64,000 nt of DNA from Cyanophyceae cyanobacterium (GTDB lineage Bacteria > Cyanobacteriota > Cyanobacteriia > Cyanobacteriales > Laspinemataceae). The DNA is taken from contig JBBQFN010000018.1 of assembly GCA_038321985.1 (NCBI GenBank), positions 1 to 64,000 of the forward strand, written 5' to 3'. The notes under the pieces were generated by a model. It saw nothing but the letters and a program-made list of their open reading frames with translations. It searched no databases and was not told the origin of the DNA. The position numbers and the translations under genes are program-made. Position 1 is the stretch's first letter, and the number at the start of each line of letters is the position of its first letter. Of the stretch, positions 43,336 to 52,388 are shown piece after piece.

Positions 43336-43953
43336 ATCAATCATAAAAACCGACCTCTAATCTTGGGTGTATCAGGTGCATCGGGGTTAATTTATGCAGT
43401 GAGAACCGTTAAATTTTTGTTAGAAGCAGACTATCAAATTGAACTGGTTGCATCCAAATCTACCTATATGGTCTGGCAAGCGGAAGAGAATGTCCGAATG
43501 CCTGCTGAACCCGGACCACAAGAGACCTTTTGGCGCGATCGCGCTGGAGGCGTCATCCAGGGAAAACTGACTTGTCATCCCTGGCAAGATGTAGGTGCAA
43601 ACATTGCCAGTGGTTCCTTTCGGACGGTAGGAATGCTCGTGATTCCGTGCAGTATGAGTACCGTTGCCAAAATAGCAACGGGCTTAAGTTCCGACTTGTT
43701 AGAACGGGCGGCAGATGTTCAACTCAAAGAGGGCCGAAAGCTGGTGGTTGTACCTCGGGAAACTCCATTTAGCTTGATTCATCTACGGAATTTAACCACC
43801 TTGGCAGAAGCGGGAGCAAGAATTGTCCCCGCGATTCCTGCTTGGTATCATAAGCCTCAAACCATTGAAGATTTAGTTGATTTTACGATCGCCCGAGCCT
43901 TGGATCAATTGGATATTGACTGTGTACCGATTCGGCGTTGGGAAGGACATTAG
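43336..43953 (+). CDS. ubiX: Flavin prenyltransferase UbiX (probable ATC/ATT start)
   Basis: RPLILGVSGASG, IASGSF, PCSMST, RAADVQLKEGR, PRETP. Confidence 0.92.
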   Translation: MNHKNRPLILGVSGASGLIYAVRTVKFLLEADYQIELVASKSTYMVWQAEENVRMPAEPGPQETFWRDRAGGVIQGKLTCHPWQDVGANIASGSFRTVGMLVIPCSMSTVAKIATGLSSDLLERAADVQLKEGRKLVVVPRETPFSLIHLRNLTTLAEAGARIVPAIPAWYHKPQTIEDLVDFTIARALDQLDIDCVPIRRWEGH

Positions 43954-44064
43954 GACGGATGAAGGATGAAGTAGGAGCAGGGACTAAGGGGGGATGCTAA
44001 AATAAGTGGTGGGGAAAGAGGAAGCTGTGGTAATCCCTTTCTGGGATTAATAATGAAATAAAAT

Positions 44065-44844
44065 ATGCGTGAATTTCGGAATGTACTGCTGTTAGTTGTA
44101 GTGGGGGGATTGACAATTTTTGCTTTGCAAAATACGTCACCGTCCCTGTCCTTGGTATTTTTAGGCATGAGGACCCTTGCTCTGCCTCTGTCTGTATGGA
44201 TTTTAGCAGCGATCGCCCTGGGTGCTTTAACTGCCGGGGCGATCACCATTCTATTTGGACTCTATCACTATTGGGACACCCGAGACACGCGACCTCGCCG
44301 ATCCAAGCGTTCCCTGGAACCCGTGATCCCACCACCGCCTCGGGGAAATCGTAACGAAGCCTCCTCCGCACGCAATAACGCTACAGTGATTCAGGATGAT
44401 GGGGGAGAGAGTTTCAATAGAAGGGGACAAGGGGGCGATCGCTTTCAAGTCCCTAACTCCAGAGAACTCGAAGAAGAAGAAGAAAATTGGATTGATGAAG
44501 ATGACGATTTCAGCGACGAACCCAACGTGCAACGGGTTGAGGGAGAAGTAGGCGGCGATCGTTACAACTATGAAGTAGTCCGCGAACCTATTGCCGAATC
44601 GTGGGCGGGATCCAGCTATTCCTACAGTTACGAACAGAATCGAGAGTCTGGAGGTAGCAAAAGCAACTCATCGGATGATGCAGACTACCGGATTATCACC
44701 CCCCCTCCCCAACCCCCAGAGGAAAAACCCCCAGAGGCGATCGGTCAAACCATCCAGGAAGAACCCCCAACGCCGCCACCCCCCAATACCCCCGCTTCTA
44801 GAGATGATTGGACCACCACCCGCCGCCGTCGTGACGACTGGTAA
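44065..44844 (+). CDS. LapA-domain membrane protein with a long disordered tail
   Basis: FALQN...L.FLG two-TM LapA-like N-terminus; acidic/Pro-rich C-terminus ending DDW. Confidence 0.75.
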   Translation: MREFRNVLLLVVVGGLTIFALQNTSPSLSLVFLGMRTLALPLSVWILAAIALGALTAGAITILFGLYHYWDTRDTRPRRSKRSLEPVIPPPPRGNRNEASSARNNATVIQDDGGESFNRRGQGGDRFQVPNSRELEEEEENWIDEDDDFSDEPNVQRVEGEVGGDRYNYEVVREPIAESWAGSSYSYSYEQNRESGGSKSNSSDDADYRIITPPPQPPEEKPPEAIGQTIQEEPPTPPPPNTPASRDDWTTTRRRRDDW

Positions 44845-44865
44845 GCATTAATATCCTTTCTTTAG

Positions 44866-44905
44866 TTCAAGGTTCCGACAGCAAGTCGGAACCTTGAATT
44901 TTATT
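44866..44905 (+). terminator. Intrinsic terminator
   Basis: ttcaaggttccgac-agcaa-gtcggaaccttgaa followed by ttttatt. Confidence 0.8.
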
Positions 44906-45632
44906 AGATTTCTTGCAAAATTCTGGAGTGATCCTCTAATCCCGAGGGAAGCCAGAGGAATAAATGTCTGATTCACGGGGGGCTTTTTCCAATTTTGCAA
45001 TACGTCTATTCTGCCCTCGGGACCGTGAGCGATTAAAAAAGAATTAAAGTGAGATGAAAAGCCGATCGCGGGGGTGGATTTACCCTAGAGGAGGATCCTT
45101 GGACAGACTGAGATCTATTACAGGTTCCCGATTACCGATCGATGCGGCGTGAGTGACAGAAATGGGGATTGCAGAGTGCACAAAGTAAACCGGGGGGTCC
45201 AGAGAGGGCCTTGGTTTGGCTAGGGAAAAGGACAGAGACTTTATCTTATTTTTATGGTGGAGACGGGGACAAAAATGGTATTATTTTTTCCCAGGGTACT
45301 GGATGTAAAGATGAGGAGAGACCCCTTTGTAAGCTTTGCGATTATCTTATGTTCGATTACCAAAATGCAATCTCGCATTAACCTAAAAAGTGTAAGACAA
45401 AGGGGCTTGAGACGGCCCTATATCATAAATTAAAGCCAAGGCGACACCCTAAACGATAAGGGCGCAGTGGCAGGGAATCCCCCGTATTTACTTGTAAGAC
45501 AGTTCGTTATTGCCAGTCTGGGTAAGACGGGTGCGATCGCCCTATTCATGAAATCTGACCCTTTCCTTAAGATGCCAGTTCAGGCGCGGAACGCCCTGGT
45601 GCAGTGTAAACCCTCAGTTAAAGGAGCCAATC

Positions 45633-48104
45633 GTGTTCAATTCTACCCGTGATGCCAGCATTTCCTCTGAATTCCTGTCCGCAGCAGCCAAGGTTGCAGG
45701 CGGGAGTCCTTTTAATATGCTCAACTGGGTAGAAACGTTAGAACCCTTGGATGGTCAGAAAAATCGCTATATTTGCCCTGTCTGTAATGGACAGAATCTA
45801 ACGGTTGATCCCCAAAGCGGGGCTTATCAATGTTGGAATGGGTGTGAATGTAAAGATATCCGCGCTACCTTGGGCGATCGCCAAACTTCAGGAACTCCCC
45901 AGGGACTGCAACGCCAAAAGACAGCCCCCAAATCCTTTAAACCCGCCCCCTTTCCCGAGGGACAGCCGGTTCTAGCGCGGTTGCGCCAACCGGGTATCCC
46001 TCCCAAGTCTCAGAAACTCTCGTTCCAGCCGAAAGGGGTCCCGAATCATGCGGTAGAAATCCGTTACAACTACAGCGAGACTCAGGTTGTCTATCGGTTT
46101 GAATGGCTGGACCCCAAACAGCGCAAAGGTCATAAAAAAACCTTTCGCCAGTGTCACCTAAATGAGGATGGATTGCCGATTTGGAGTAAAGGCAGTGAAC
46201 CTTGGAAAGCCTACCGAGAAACCGAGGCATTAGCAGCCAGCGCCCGCGTTGTGGAGGGGTTCCCGGTGTTGTTATTGCTGGAAGGAGAAGGCTGTGTGGA
46301 AATTGCCCGGACTTTGGGGTTAGCGGCAGTGACGTTTCAAGGTAGCGCCTGGACTGATGTCGAAATTGAGAGTTTTTTAATTCGCTTGCGCCATGCCAAC
46401 GAGAAGGCAACGATCGCAGTCCTCCCCGATCGCGATGAAACCGGACGCAAAAAAGCGGCGAAAGTAGCGGCAGCAGCAGCCAAAGTGGGGGTTCCCTGTC
46501 TGGAATTGGACCCGACTCAGATTGATCCCGACTTGCCGGAAAAGGGGGACATTCGGGAAATGCTGGAAAATTCGGCGATTCCCTCGGACTTGATTCAACG
46601 GTTAGAGGGGGTGATTCGTCAAGGGACTCAGCGGAACTCGCAGCAGTTGGAAACGGAGAGTTACGATAGTTTTTTCCCGGTGGTGGAGTTTAATCAGGCG
46701 ATCGTTAAGTTCCTGTATGGCGATCGCCCTTGGATTTGCGTGAATAATACTCTCTACGCATGGCAGGGGACTTATTACGAAGCCTCACCGAATGCGGTAG
46801 AACTCTATCGCATCACCCAATTTTGTAATTCCTTTCCCATTGATATCAAAGGGCACATTCGTTATCCTTACGCGAGTTCCAGCAGTGTCAAAAAAGCCCT
46901 GGAATGGGTGAAATTGATGTTTGCGATCGCCCCGGGACGGGTAAATCCCCCGGGACTTAACTGCACTAATGGGGTCCTGCAACTTTCCTTTACCCGCAAG
47001 GGTCAGCCATCGTGGAAACTGGTCCCCCATGACCCGCGCCAGCATTTTTATCTCTATCAACCTTTGGTGACTTACGATCCAGATGCGGACTCTACAGACT
47101 GCGATCGCCTCCTGGACTGTCTGGAACCCCAATATCGGGATATTTTCCTAAAAACCATCGCTGCCTCCCTGGATCTCGAATCCGTCCGTCGGTTGAAAGG
47201 ACGGATGGTAAAAGCCCTTCTTGCCAAAGGGGATGGCAACAACGGCAAGGATAGCTTGCGGGAAGTGACAGCGATGCTATACGGATATCAGGGACTGACT
47301 TCGGTTTCTGTAGAAGCCTTTGAACAAGCCGATCGCGGGCGTTTGTTTCCCGTCGCCCGATTAGAAGGGTCTCGGGTAAATTGGCCCTCGGAAAATCGCA
47401 ACGCCGAGGCCCTGGATCGACTCCAATGCTTGAAAATTGCCATTACCGGCGATCGCTCTTTTGTGATTGAACGCAAAGGAAAAGATGATTATGAAACAGC
47501 GATTAATGCGGTTTTTATCTTTAATTGGAACGATATCCCGGAACTTTCCGGAGTAATGGAAGCCATTCGCAGTCGCTATGCAGTCCTACCTTTTACTAAA
47601 ACTTTTGCAGCAAACCCAAACCCTCGACGCGGGGAATTACCAGCCGATCCACGATTCAAATATGATCCAGAATTTTTAAAGTCTAAAGTGCTGCCTGCTT
47701 ATTTGAATCGACTTTTAGATGCCTTGCAACGGTTGATGCGGGATGGCATTGATTATAGCCCTACCTACGCAGCAATGACGGAGATTCAATGCGCTTCTGA
47801 ACATTTGTGGCAGTTTGTCAAGGATTGTGGGTTGAGTGAGGACCCGGATTCCCGAGTATATGTCCCGGAGATTTGGCAAAAGTTGCGGCAATGGTATCAG
47901 GATACAGGAATTCTACAGATTGAAGTCAGCGATCGCTCTCGGGAAAAACTGATGTGGTACGATTTACCCTCCTCCAGCGATCGGCATTGCAAAACCTTAA
48001 ATCAGGTTCCGGTTCGTCTGTTGTCTATGTTTCCGAAAGCGAAGAAAGGCGGGGATGAACAAGGCACCTTTTTAAGGGGTTTAAAATGGAATAATCCTCA
48101 ATAA
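45633..48104 (+). CDS. Phage/plasmid-type primase-helicase (Zn finger + TOPRIM + SF3/D5-like helicase)
   Basis: CPVC...CWNGC; LLEGEGC and LPDRDETG TOPRIM motifs; NCTNG (D5_N-like); GDGNNGKD Walker A; ITGD...IERK; start codon uncertain. Confidence 0.8.
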   Translation: MFNSTRDASISSEFLSAAAKVAGGSPFNMLNWVETLEPLDGQKNRYICPVCNGQNLTVDPQSGAYQCWNGCECKDIRATLGDRQTSGTPQGLQRQKTAPKSFKPAPFPEGQPVLARLRQPGIPPKSQKLSFQPKGVPNHAVEIRYNYSETQVVYRFEWLDPKQRKGHKKTFRQCHLNEDGLPIWSKGSEPWKAYRETEALAASARVVEGFPVLLLLEGEGCVEIARTLGLAAVTFQGSAWTDVEIESFLIRLRHANEKATIAVLPDRDETGRKKAAKVAAAAAKVGVPCLELDPTQIDPDLPEKGDIREMLENSAIPSDLIQRLEGVIRQGTQRNSQQLETESYDSFFPVVEFNQAIVKFLYGDRPWICVNNTLYAWQGTYYEASPNAVELYRITQFCNSFPIDIKGHIRYPYASSSSVKKALEWVKLMFAIAPGRVNPPGLNCTNGVLQLSFTRKGQPSWKLVPHDPRQHFYLYQPLVTYDPDADSTDCDRLLDCLEPQYRDIFLKTIAASLDLESVRRLKGRMVKALLAKGDGNNGKDSLREVTAMLYGYQGLTSVSVEAFEQADRGRLFPVARLEGSRVNWPSENRNAEALDRLQCLKIAITGDRSFVIERKGKDDYETAINAVFIFNWNDIPELSGVMEAIRSRYAVLPFTKTFAANPNPRRGELPADPRFKYDPEFLKSKVLPAYLNRLLDALQRLMRDGIDYSPTYAAMTEIQCASEHLWQFVKDCGLSEDPDSRVYVPEIWQKLRQWYQDTGILQIEVSDRSREKLMWYDLPSSSDRHCKTLNQVPVRLLSMFPKAKKGGDEQGTFLRGLKWNNPQ

Positions 48105-48197
48105 TTTTAGGCAGAATTTTCGATTAAAACCGGGTTTCTAACTCAGCCATAAATGGAGTCAGAAACCCTATTTTTAGGTTAATATCTGTGAGTTCGA

Positions 48198-49391
48198 TTA
48201 ATGTTTAGCTGCTTCAGTTTCATAACATTTGAGCAGCAAAGGGGCGAGTTTATCTAAATCGCTGATATCAGAAATGACCACTCGGGATGCTGCGCCTCCT
48301 AGGGATGCAGAGACTTCCTGGACTTCAAACCCAATTGCAAAAGGTTGAATTTCCTGTAAAGGGAGTCGAGTAATAAAACTTTTTTTCTTTGGGGTTAGAT
48401 AGAAGCGTAAGAACCACCAAGTTGTTTTACCCAGATTGACGCCGAAGTAGGAAACTGTATCTTTATGATTGATTTCAAATTTATAGCCGGTGGAAGTTGC
48501 TAGGATCTCTTTTAATTTTTCAAACGCTGCTAGTTCTTCTTCAGTGGTAACAATTTCTACACCAGATCCATTAGATCCATCTCCCGAGTCATCATCGTCT
48601 GGTAGGGGATCCGGTGTTGTTGTTGGCGTCGTCAAGGGACTGGGTTGCTGCATTTCCTGATTAAGCGATCGGGTCATCAATTCTAACAGACAGGTTTGAA
48701 TTGCTTTTTTGGCGATGGGTTTAAACTGCTGAATTTTTTTACTCGTTATTTTTCCATCAATGGCATATCCCCCATCAAATTTGCTAAATTCACCAATCAA
48801 AAACCGAATCAAATCGTCTGAAGGATCTTTTAAAAGATTTCCGATTAAAATTGCCATTCCTTGGACAAAAACCATTTCTTCGGCTTCGATTTTAATGGCA
48901 AAGCTATCGAAGTTATCTCGGTGAAATAGCTTCAAATTTTCTAAATCTTTAGGCTGATAGTCAAAGAGGTTAAAAATAAAAAATGGCTCTGTGTCCATGA
49001 GATTTTGATTACGGAGATCCGTGAAAAATCGATATTCCACTCCGTTCGTACAAAGGCCAACTTTAGCGGAAAGTTTTGCATCAAAATAGCTCTTTAACTG
49101 CCCATGATGAATTTCTGGTTTTTCGTTGCGGGCTTTGGCTTCAACCAACATGACGACTGTATCATTAATGGCGATCGCATAGTCTACTTTCTCTTTTTGC
49201 CCTGCATTCTTCTTCGTGGCAGCATCAGAAATCGATTCGGGGATTACCTCGGATGGGTCCCAGATATCATATCCCAGGGACTGCAAGAATGGTAAAATGA
49301 GCTGTTGTTTTGTCGCTTGTTCTCCCACAACCAAATCGGCATTCTTGCGAACTCGTTCAGCAACCTTGGCGACATCTTCCGCGAATCCCAT
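48198..49391 (-). CDS. Stand-alone type I restriction enzyme HsdR N-terminal-like nuclease
   Basis: EQATKQQLILPFLQSLGYD, KVDYAI...LVEAK (D...ExK), QLKSYF, TNGVEYRFF; aggag SD. Confidence 0.8.
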   Translation of the reverse strand: MGFAEDVAKVAERVRKNADLVVGEQATKQQLILPFLQSLGYDIWDPSEVIPESISDAATKKNAGQKEKVDYAIAINDTVVMLVEAKARNEKPEIHHGQLKSYFDAKLSAKVGLCTNGVEYRFFTDLRNQNLMDTEPFFIFNLFDYQPKDLENLKLFHRDNFDSFAIKIEAEEMVFVQGMAILIGNLLKDPSDDLIRFLIGEFSKFDGGYAIDGKITSKKIQQFKPIAKKAIQTCLLELMTRSLNQEMQQPSPLTTPTTTPDPLPDDDDSGDGSNGSGVEIVTTEEELAAFEKLKEILATSTGYKFEINHKDTVSYFGVNLGKTTWWFLRFYLTPKKKSFITRLPLQEIQPFAIGFEVQEVSASLGGAASRVVISDISDLDKLAPLLLKCYETEAAKH

Positions 49392-49719
49392 CTTGTACTC
49401 CTGTGGTTTTGCTTGTATTTTTTCACTACATTACCACTCCCGATAGATCCGGGTCAAATATCTTTATGTTATGAAGAATTTTTTTACTTAATTTAACAAT
49501 TATAGGGGTAGAGTTCGACAATTTTATCCTAAATTGTTTCATTTCACCATAATTTTAGGAGAGCGAAAATTTTCTTTATCCGAAATTAAACCGAGTTTGT
49601 AGAAGTTGCTGAAGGGGTTATCCCTGCGATCGCCACAAGGATTAAAAAACAGTCGCAGTGGGACCAGAAAAAAACCGACGTTTCACCGAAACGGGTGATC
49701 GGCGGGAGGAGAGGCGGAT

Positions 49720-49735
49720 TCTATCGGAAGATAGA
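49720..49735 (+). promoter_or_regulatory. 7-2-7 palindromic box, array unit 1
   Basis: TCTATCG-GA-AGATAGA, 22 nt before TACAGT (-10 at 49758). Confidence 0.6.
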
Positions 49736-49769
49736 TAACTCTTATAAAAAAGTCCGATACAGTAGAAGC

Positions 49770-49880
49770 ATAAGAAACCGCACCGAGATAGGTGCTCATA
49801 ACATAGACCCCTGGTCTTTTTAGTAAATTTAGTTAAGAAAGAATCCCACCTGTGGCAACATAGGTGGGATTCTTGATAGT
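49770..49880 (+). ncRNA. Tandem sRNA array, unit 1
   Basis: ATAAGAAACCGCACCGAGATAGGTGCTCATAACATAGACCCCTGGTCTTTTTAGTAAAT plus hairpin AAGAATCCCACCTGTG-GCAA-CATAGGTGGGATTCTT. Confidence 0.7.
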
Positions 49881-50078
49881 TAGGGTTTCTTCGTGCCGTA
49901 GGGCATTGAGTCGAATTCCACACCCGAACACCCTAAAGGGTTTGGCTAGGCAGACAAAGCCGCCGCCCCAAGATGCCCCTCAAAATAGAGCTTTTACAAC
50001 CGGATTTGGTGTTAGTCCCTCTGCTAAGTTGCGATCGCGTCGGAGTATCGGTTACTACCCGTAGAGGTAGCGGCAGGT

Positions 50079-50094
50079 TCTACCTGTAGATAGA
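50079..50094 (+). promoter_or_regulatory. 7-2-7 palindromic box, array unit 2
   Basis: TCTACCT-GT-AGATAGA, 23 nt before TATATT (50118). Confidence 0.65.
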
Positions 50095-50129
50095 TAAACT
50101 GGCGTTAAAGAGTGGGTTATATTAAAAGC

Positions 50130-50239
50130 ATAAGAAACCGCACCGAGATAGGTGTTCATAACACAGACCCCTGGTCTTTTTAGTAAATCAAAATAAGAGA
50201 CAATCCCGCTAGTATAAATACTGGCGGGATTGTTGATTT
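50130..50239 (+). ncRNA. Tandem sRNA array, unit 2
   Basis: Same ~59-nt core; hairpin ACAATCCCGCTAGTAT-AA-ATACTGGCGGGATTGT then TGATTT. Confidence 0.7.
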
Positions 50240-50284
50240 AGCGTCTCGGAGTATCGGTTACTGCCAGTAGAGGTAGAAGCAGGT

Positions 50285-50300
50285 TCTACCTGTAGATAGA
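50285..50300 (+). promoter_or_regulatory. 7-2-7 palindromic box, array unit 3
   Basis: TCTACCT-GT-AGATAGA, 23 nt before TATATT (50324). Confidence 0.65.
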
Positions 50301-50335
50301 TAAACTGGCGCTAAAGGTTCGGTTATATTAAGAAC

Positions 50336-50446
50336 ATAAGAAACCGCACCGAGATAGGTGTTCATAACACAGACCCCAGGTCTTTTTAGTAAATCAAAAT
50401 AACAGACAATCCCGCCCGTAGCAATACTGGTGGGATTGTTGATTTT
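50336..50446 (+). ncRNA. Tandem sRNA array, unit 3
   Basis: Same core; hairpin ACAATCCCGCCCGTA-GCAA-TACTGGTGGGATTGT then TGATTTT. Confidence 0.7.
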
Positions 50447-50520
50447 CAGGGGTCAATTCCCGCTTTGAAGTGGCGATCGCCTCAGAGTATCGTTTACTAC
50501 CAATAGAGGTATCAGCAGGT

Positions 50521-50536
50521 TCTATCTATAGAGGGA
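50521..50536 (+). promoter_or_regulatory. 7-2-7 palindromic box, array unit 4
   Basis: TCTATCT-AT-AGAGGGA, 23 nt before TATCTT (50560). Confidence 0.6.
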
Positions 50537-50571
50537 TAAACATTCCCCTCAAACTGAGTTATCTTAAAAAC

Positions 50572-50683
50572 ATAAGAAACCGCACCGAGATAGGTGTTCA
50601 TAATATAGACCTTCGGTCTTTTTAGTAAATCAGAATAACAGACAATCCCGCCCGTAGCAATACGGGCGGGATTGTTGATTTTT
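50572..50683 (+). ncRNA. Tandem sRNA array, unit 4
   Basis: Same core; perfect hairpin ACAATCCCGCCCGTA-GCAA-TACGGGCGGGATTGT then TGATTTTT. Confidence 0.7.
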
Positions 50684-50785
50684 GGCCTGGTGTTTTAGCG
50701 GCTAGGTCCAGAAGTTTGAACGTTAGCCCTTGTCAAGGAGGGGGAGTTCTTGTAGCCGTACCTTTGTTTCTTATCACCTGCCTGG

Positions 50786-52048
50786 TTAGGGTAAGGGGTG
50801 GGTTGTTTCCGGGGAGGGGGTGACTTCAACCCCTCGACGACTAAACAGCTTAAAGTAAACAGAGGTTAATAATTCTTTGACAGGAAAGGTAATAAAAGTC
50901 AGGGGATTAATCGTAACGATGATGTTACGGCTATCGGCTTTAGCTTGTTTGACAATTTGTTGGGCTACCCAATCGGCAGACATGACTCCGATGGGATTGA
51001 GATTGCTTTTAAAAGGGCCAAGAATCAATTTTCGGACAATGCAAGGTGCATCTAAACGCCGCAGGGTGACTAAATCGCCTAGGGTGCGTTTGGTGAGTTC
51101 GTACAGGGGGCTAAAAGCCGGATTGGCTTCAGCTTCTGAAGTATTAACCCAGACTTCTTTACAGGCAATGTCTTGATTGGTACGAACCGTGGTGAAAAAC
51201 AGTTCCATCAGACGCCAGGATGAAAAGGTATTGACTTGATAGGAAGTTGCGATCGCCTCTGGGGTGCGATCGCCATTAACATTGGTTCCATGATTCAGGA
51301 TAAGAATATCAACCTTTTCCAACAACGCCGCCAACTCGTTTTCTTGGCCGATTTGCCAGGTAACTGTGTTAATCTCCAGGGTTTCTGACTCTAGGGTTAA
51401 GGCGATCACCTCGTTGCCCGAAGTCAGGGCGATAACTTTGGCCCCTGCTTCGTGGAGATGCAACAACAGCGATCGCCCCAGGGTTCCCGAGGCCCCAGTC
51501 ACCGCTACAGTTTTGCCTTTGAGGGAAAGTGCAGTTCCCATAAGTTTGTCTATAAACGTAAACGTCCCGCAAAAGTAAGCATTTTGGTTATCAAAGTGAT
51601 GTCGCCAGTGGTAGGGACGATTCACAAACCATCGCGAGGGTGGAGTAGCAAAAGGACCCGGTTGGTGGGTGAGATCGGTTAGGCGATCAGCTCCGGGAAC
51701 TCCCGAACCCCGGGCGATCGCACTCCCTAAAAAGCAGAGGGTATAAAGACAACCAATCCCAGCAACCCAATGGGAACTGGGTAAAACCAGGTATGCCCCT
51801 AACCACCAAAACAGTCCAAACCCCAGCATCACAAGGGCCTCGGGTATGTCATTGCGCCAATGCGCTTGTTGATAAATCTCTTCACTCGCTGGGGTGAGAT
51901 TCGGACGAAAAACGCGATGATGCCAAACGTGCCAGCGATAGAGAGGTTGCCAAACATGGGCAAACGCATGATACAAATCTCGTACCAGTTCCGCCCAAAG
52001 TATGGAACCGAGTCCGCAAGCTACTGTTGCAATCCAAAGTGGGAGCAT
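50786..52048 (-). CDS. Bifunctional sterol desaturase-like / short-chain dehydrogenase
   Basis: His boxes HVWHH and HWRHH followed by TGASGTLG and YELTK SDR motifs. Confidence 0.85.
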   Translation of the reverse strand: MLPLWIATVACGLGSILWAELVRDLYHAFAHVWQPLYRWHVWHHRVFRPNLTPASEEIYQQAHWRNDIPEALVMLGFGLFWWLGAYLVLPSSHWVAGIGCLYTLCFLGSAIARGSGVPGADRLTDLTHQPGPFATPPSRWFVNRPYHWRHHFDNQNAYFCGTFTFIDKLMGTALSLKGKTVAVTGASGTLGRSLLLHLHEAGAKVIALTSGNEVIALTLESETLEINTVTWQIGQENELAALLEKVDILILNHGTNVNGDRTPEAIATSYQVNTFSSWRLMELFFTTVRTNQDIACKEVWVNTSEAEANPAFSPLYELTKRTLGDLVTLRRLDAPCIVRKLILGPFKSNLNPIGVMSADWVAQQIVKQAKADSRNIIVTINPLTFITFPVKELLTSVYFKLFSRRGVEVTPSPETTHPLP

Positions 52049-52292
52049 AGTTAGTTTAATACACCTTTTTTCCTTTAAATCTAAGGGAATGACCCCTTAT
52101 CGCCAGAATCGTCAGGGCTAGTTTGATGCAGAACTCTACCGTGATGGGAGAGCACTCTGCGATCGCCGATCGCCTGCAAATACCTAAGTTTGCTGTTACA
52201 CAACTTTACATGAAATTTTAATGCATTGACTCCCAATTTCCGAATCACGAGGGAGGAATTTGCCCAATTTCCGGGGAATTGTCGCATCCATC

Positions 52293-52337
52293 TCTATCTG
52301 TGGGCGGTTTCAGAATCACAGAACCGCCTCCTAAACT
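52293..52337 (+). promoter_or_regulatory. Degenerate 7-2-7 box plus -10 upstream of the SDR gene
   Basis: TCTATCT-GT-GGGCGGT, 23 nt, TAAACT; right half-site is poor. Confidence 0.35.
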
Positions 52338-52388
52338 AAAGCAGAATTTAATACCTTCAAATATCGTTTTGCGTTGGGAGAATAGCCG

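Noticed and set aside
44900..49400. Integrated prophage or plasmid around the primase
   Set aside because: No integrase, structural genes, flanking direct repeats or clear iterons; HIP1 density is host-like
49743..50600. Minus-strand micro-ORFs M(S/N)TYLGAVSY in each array unit, and track ORFs 49642-49923 and 49864-50064
   Set aside because: Similarity stops at the RNA core boundary, lengths differ between copies, and promoter/terminator polarity is on the plus strand
49690..50690. CRISPR array interpretation of the four repeats
   Set aside because: Units are over 100 nt with their own promoter and terminator, spacing is irregular, inter-unit DNA is itself homologous, and no cas genes are present
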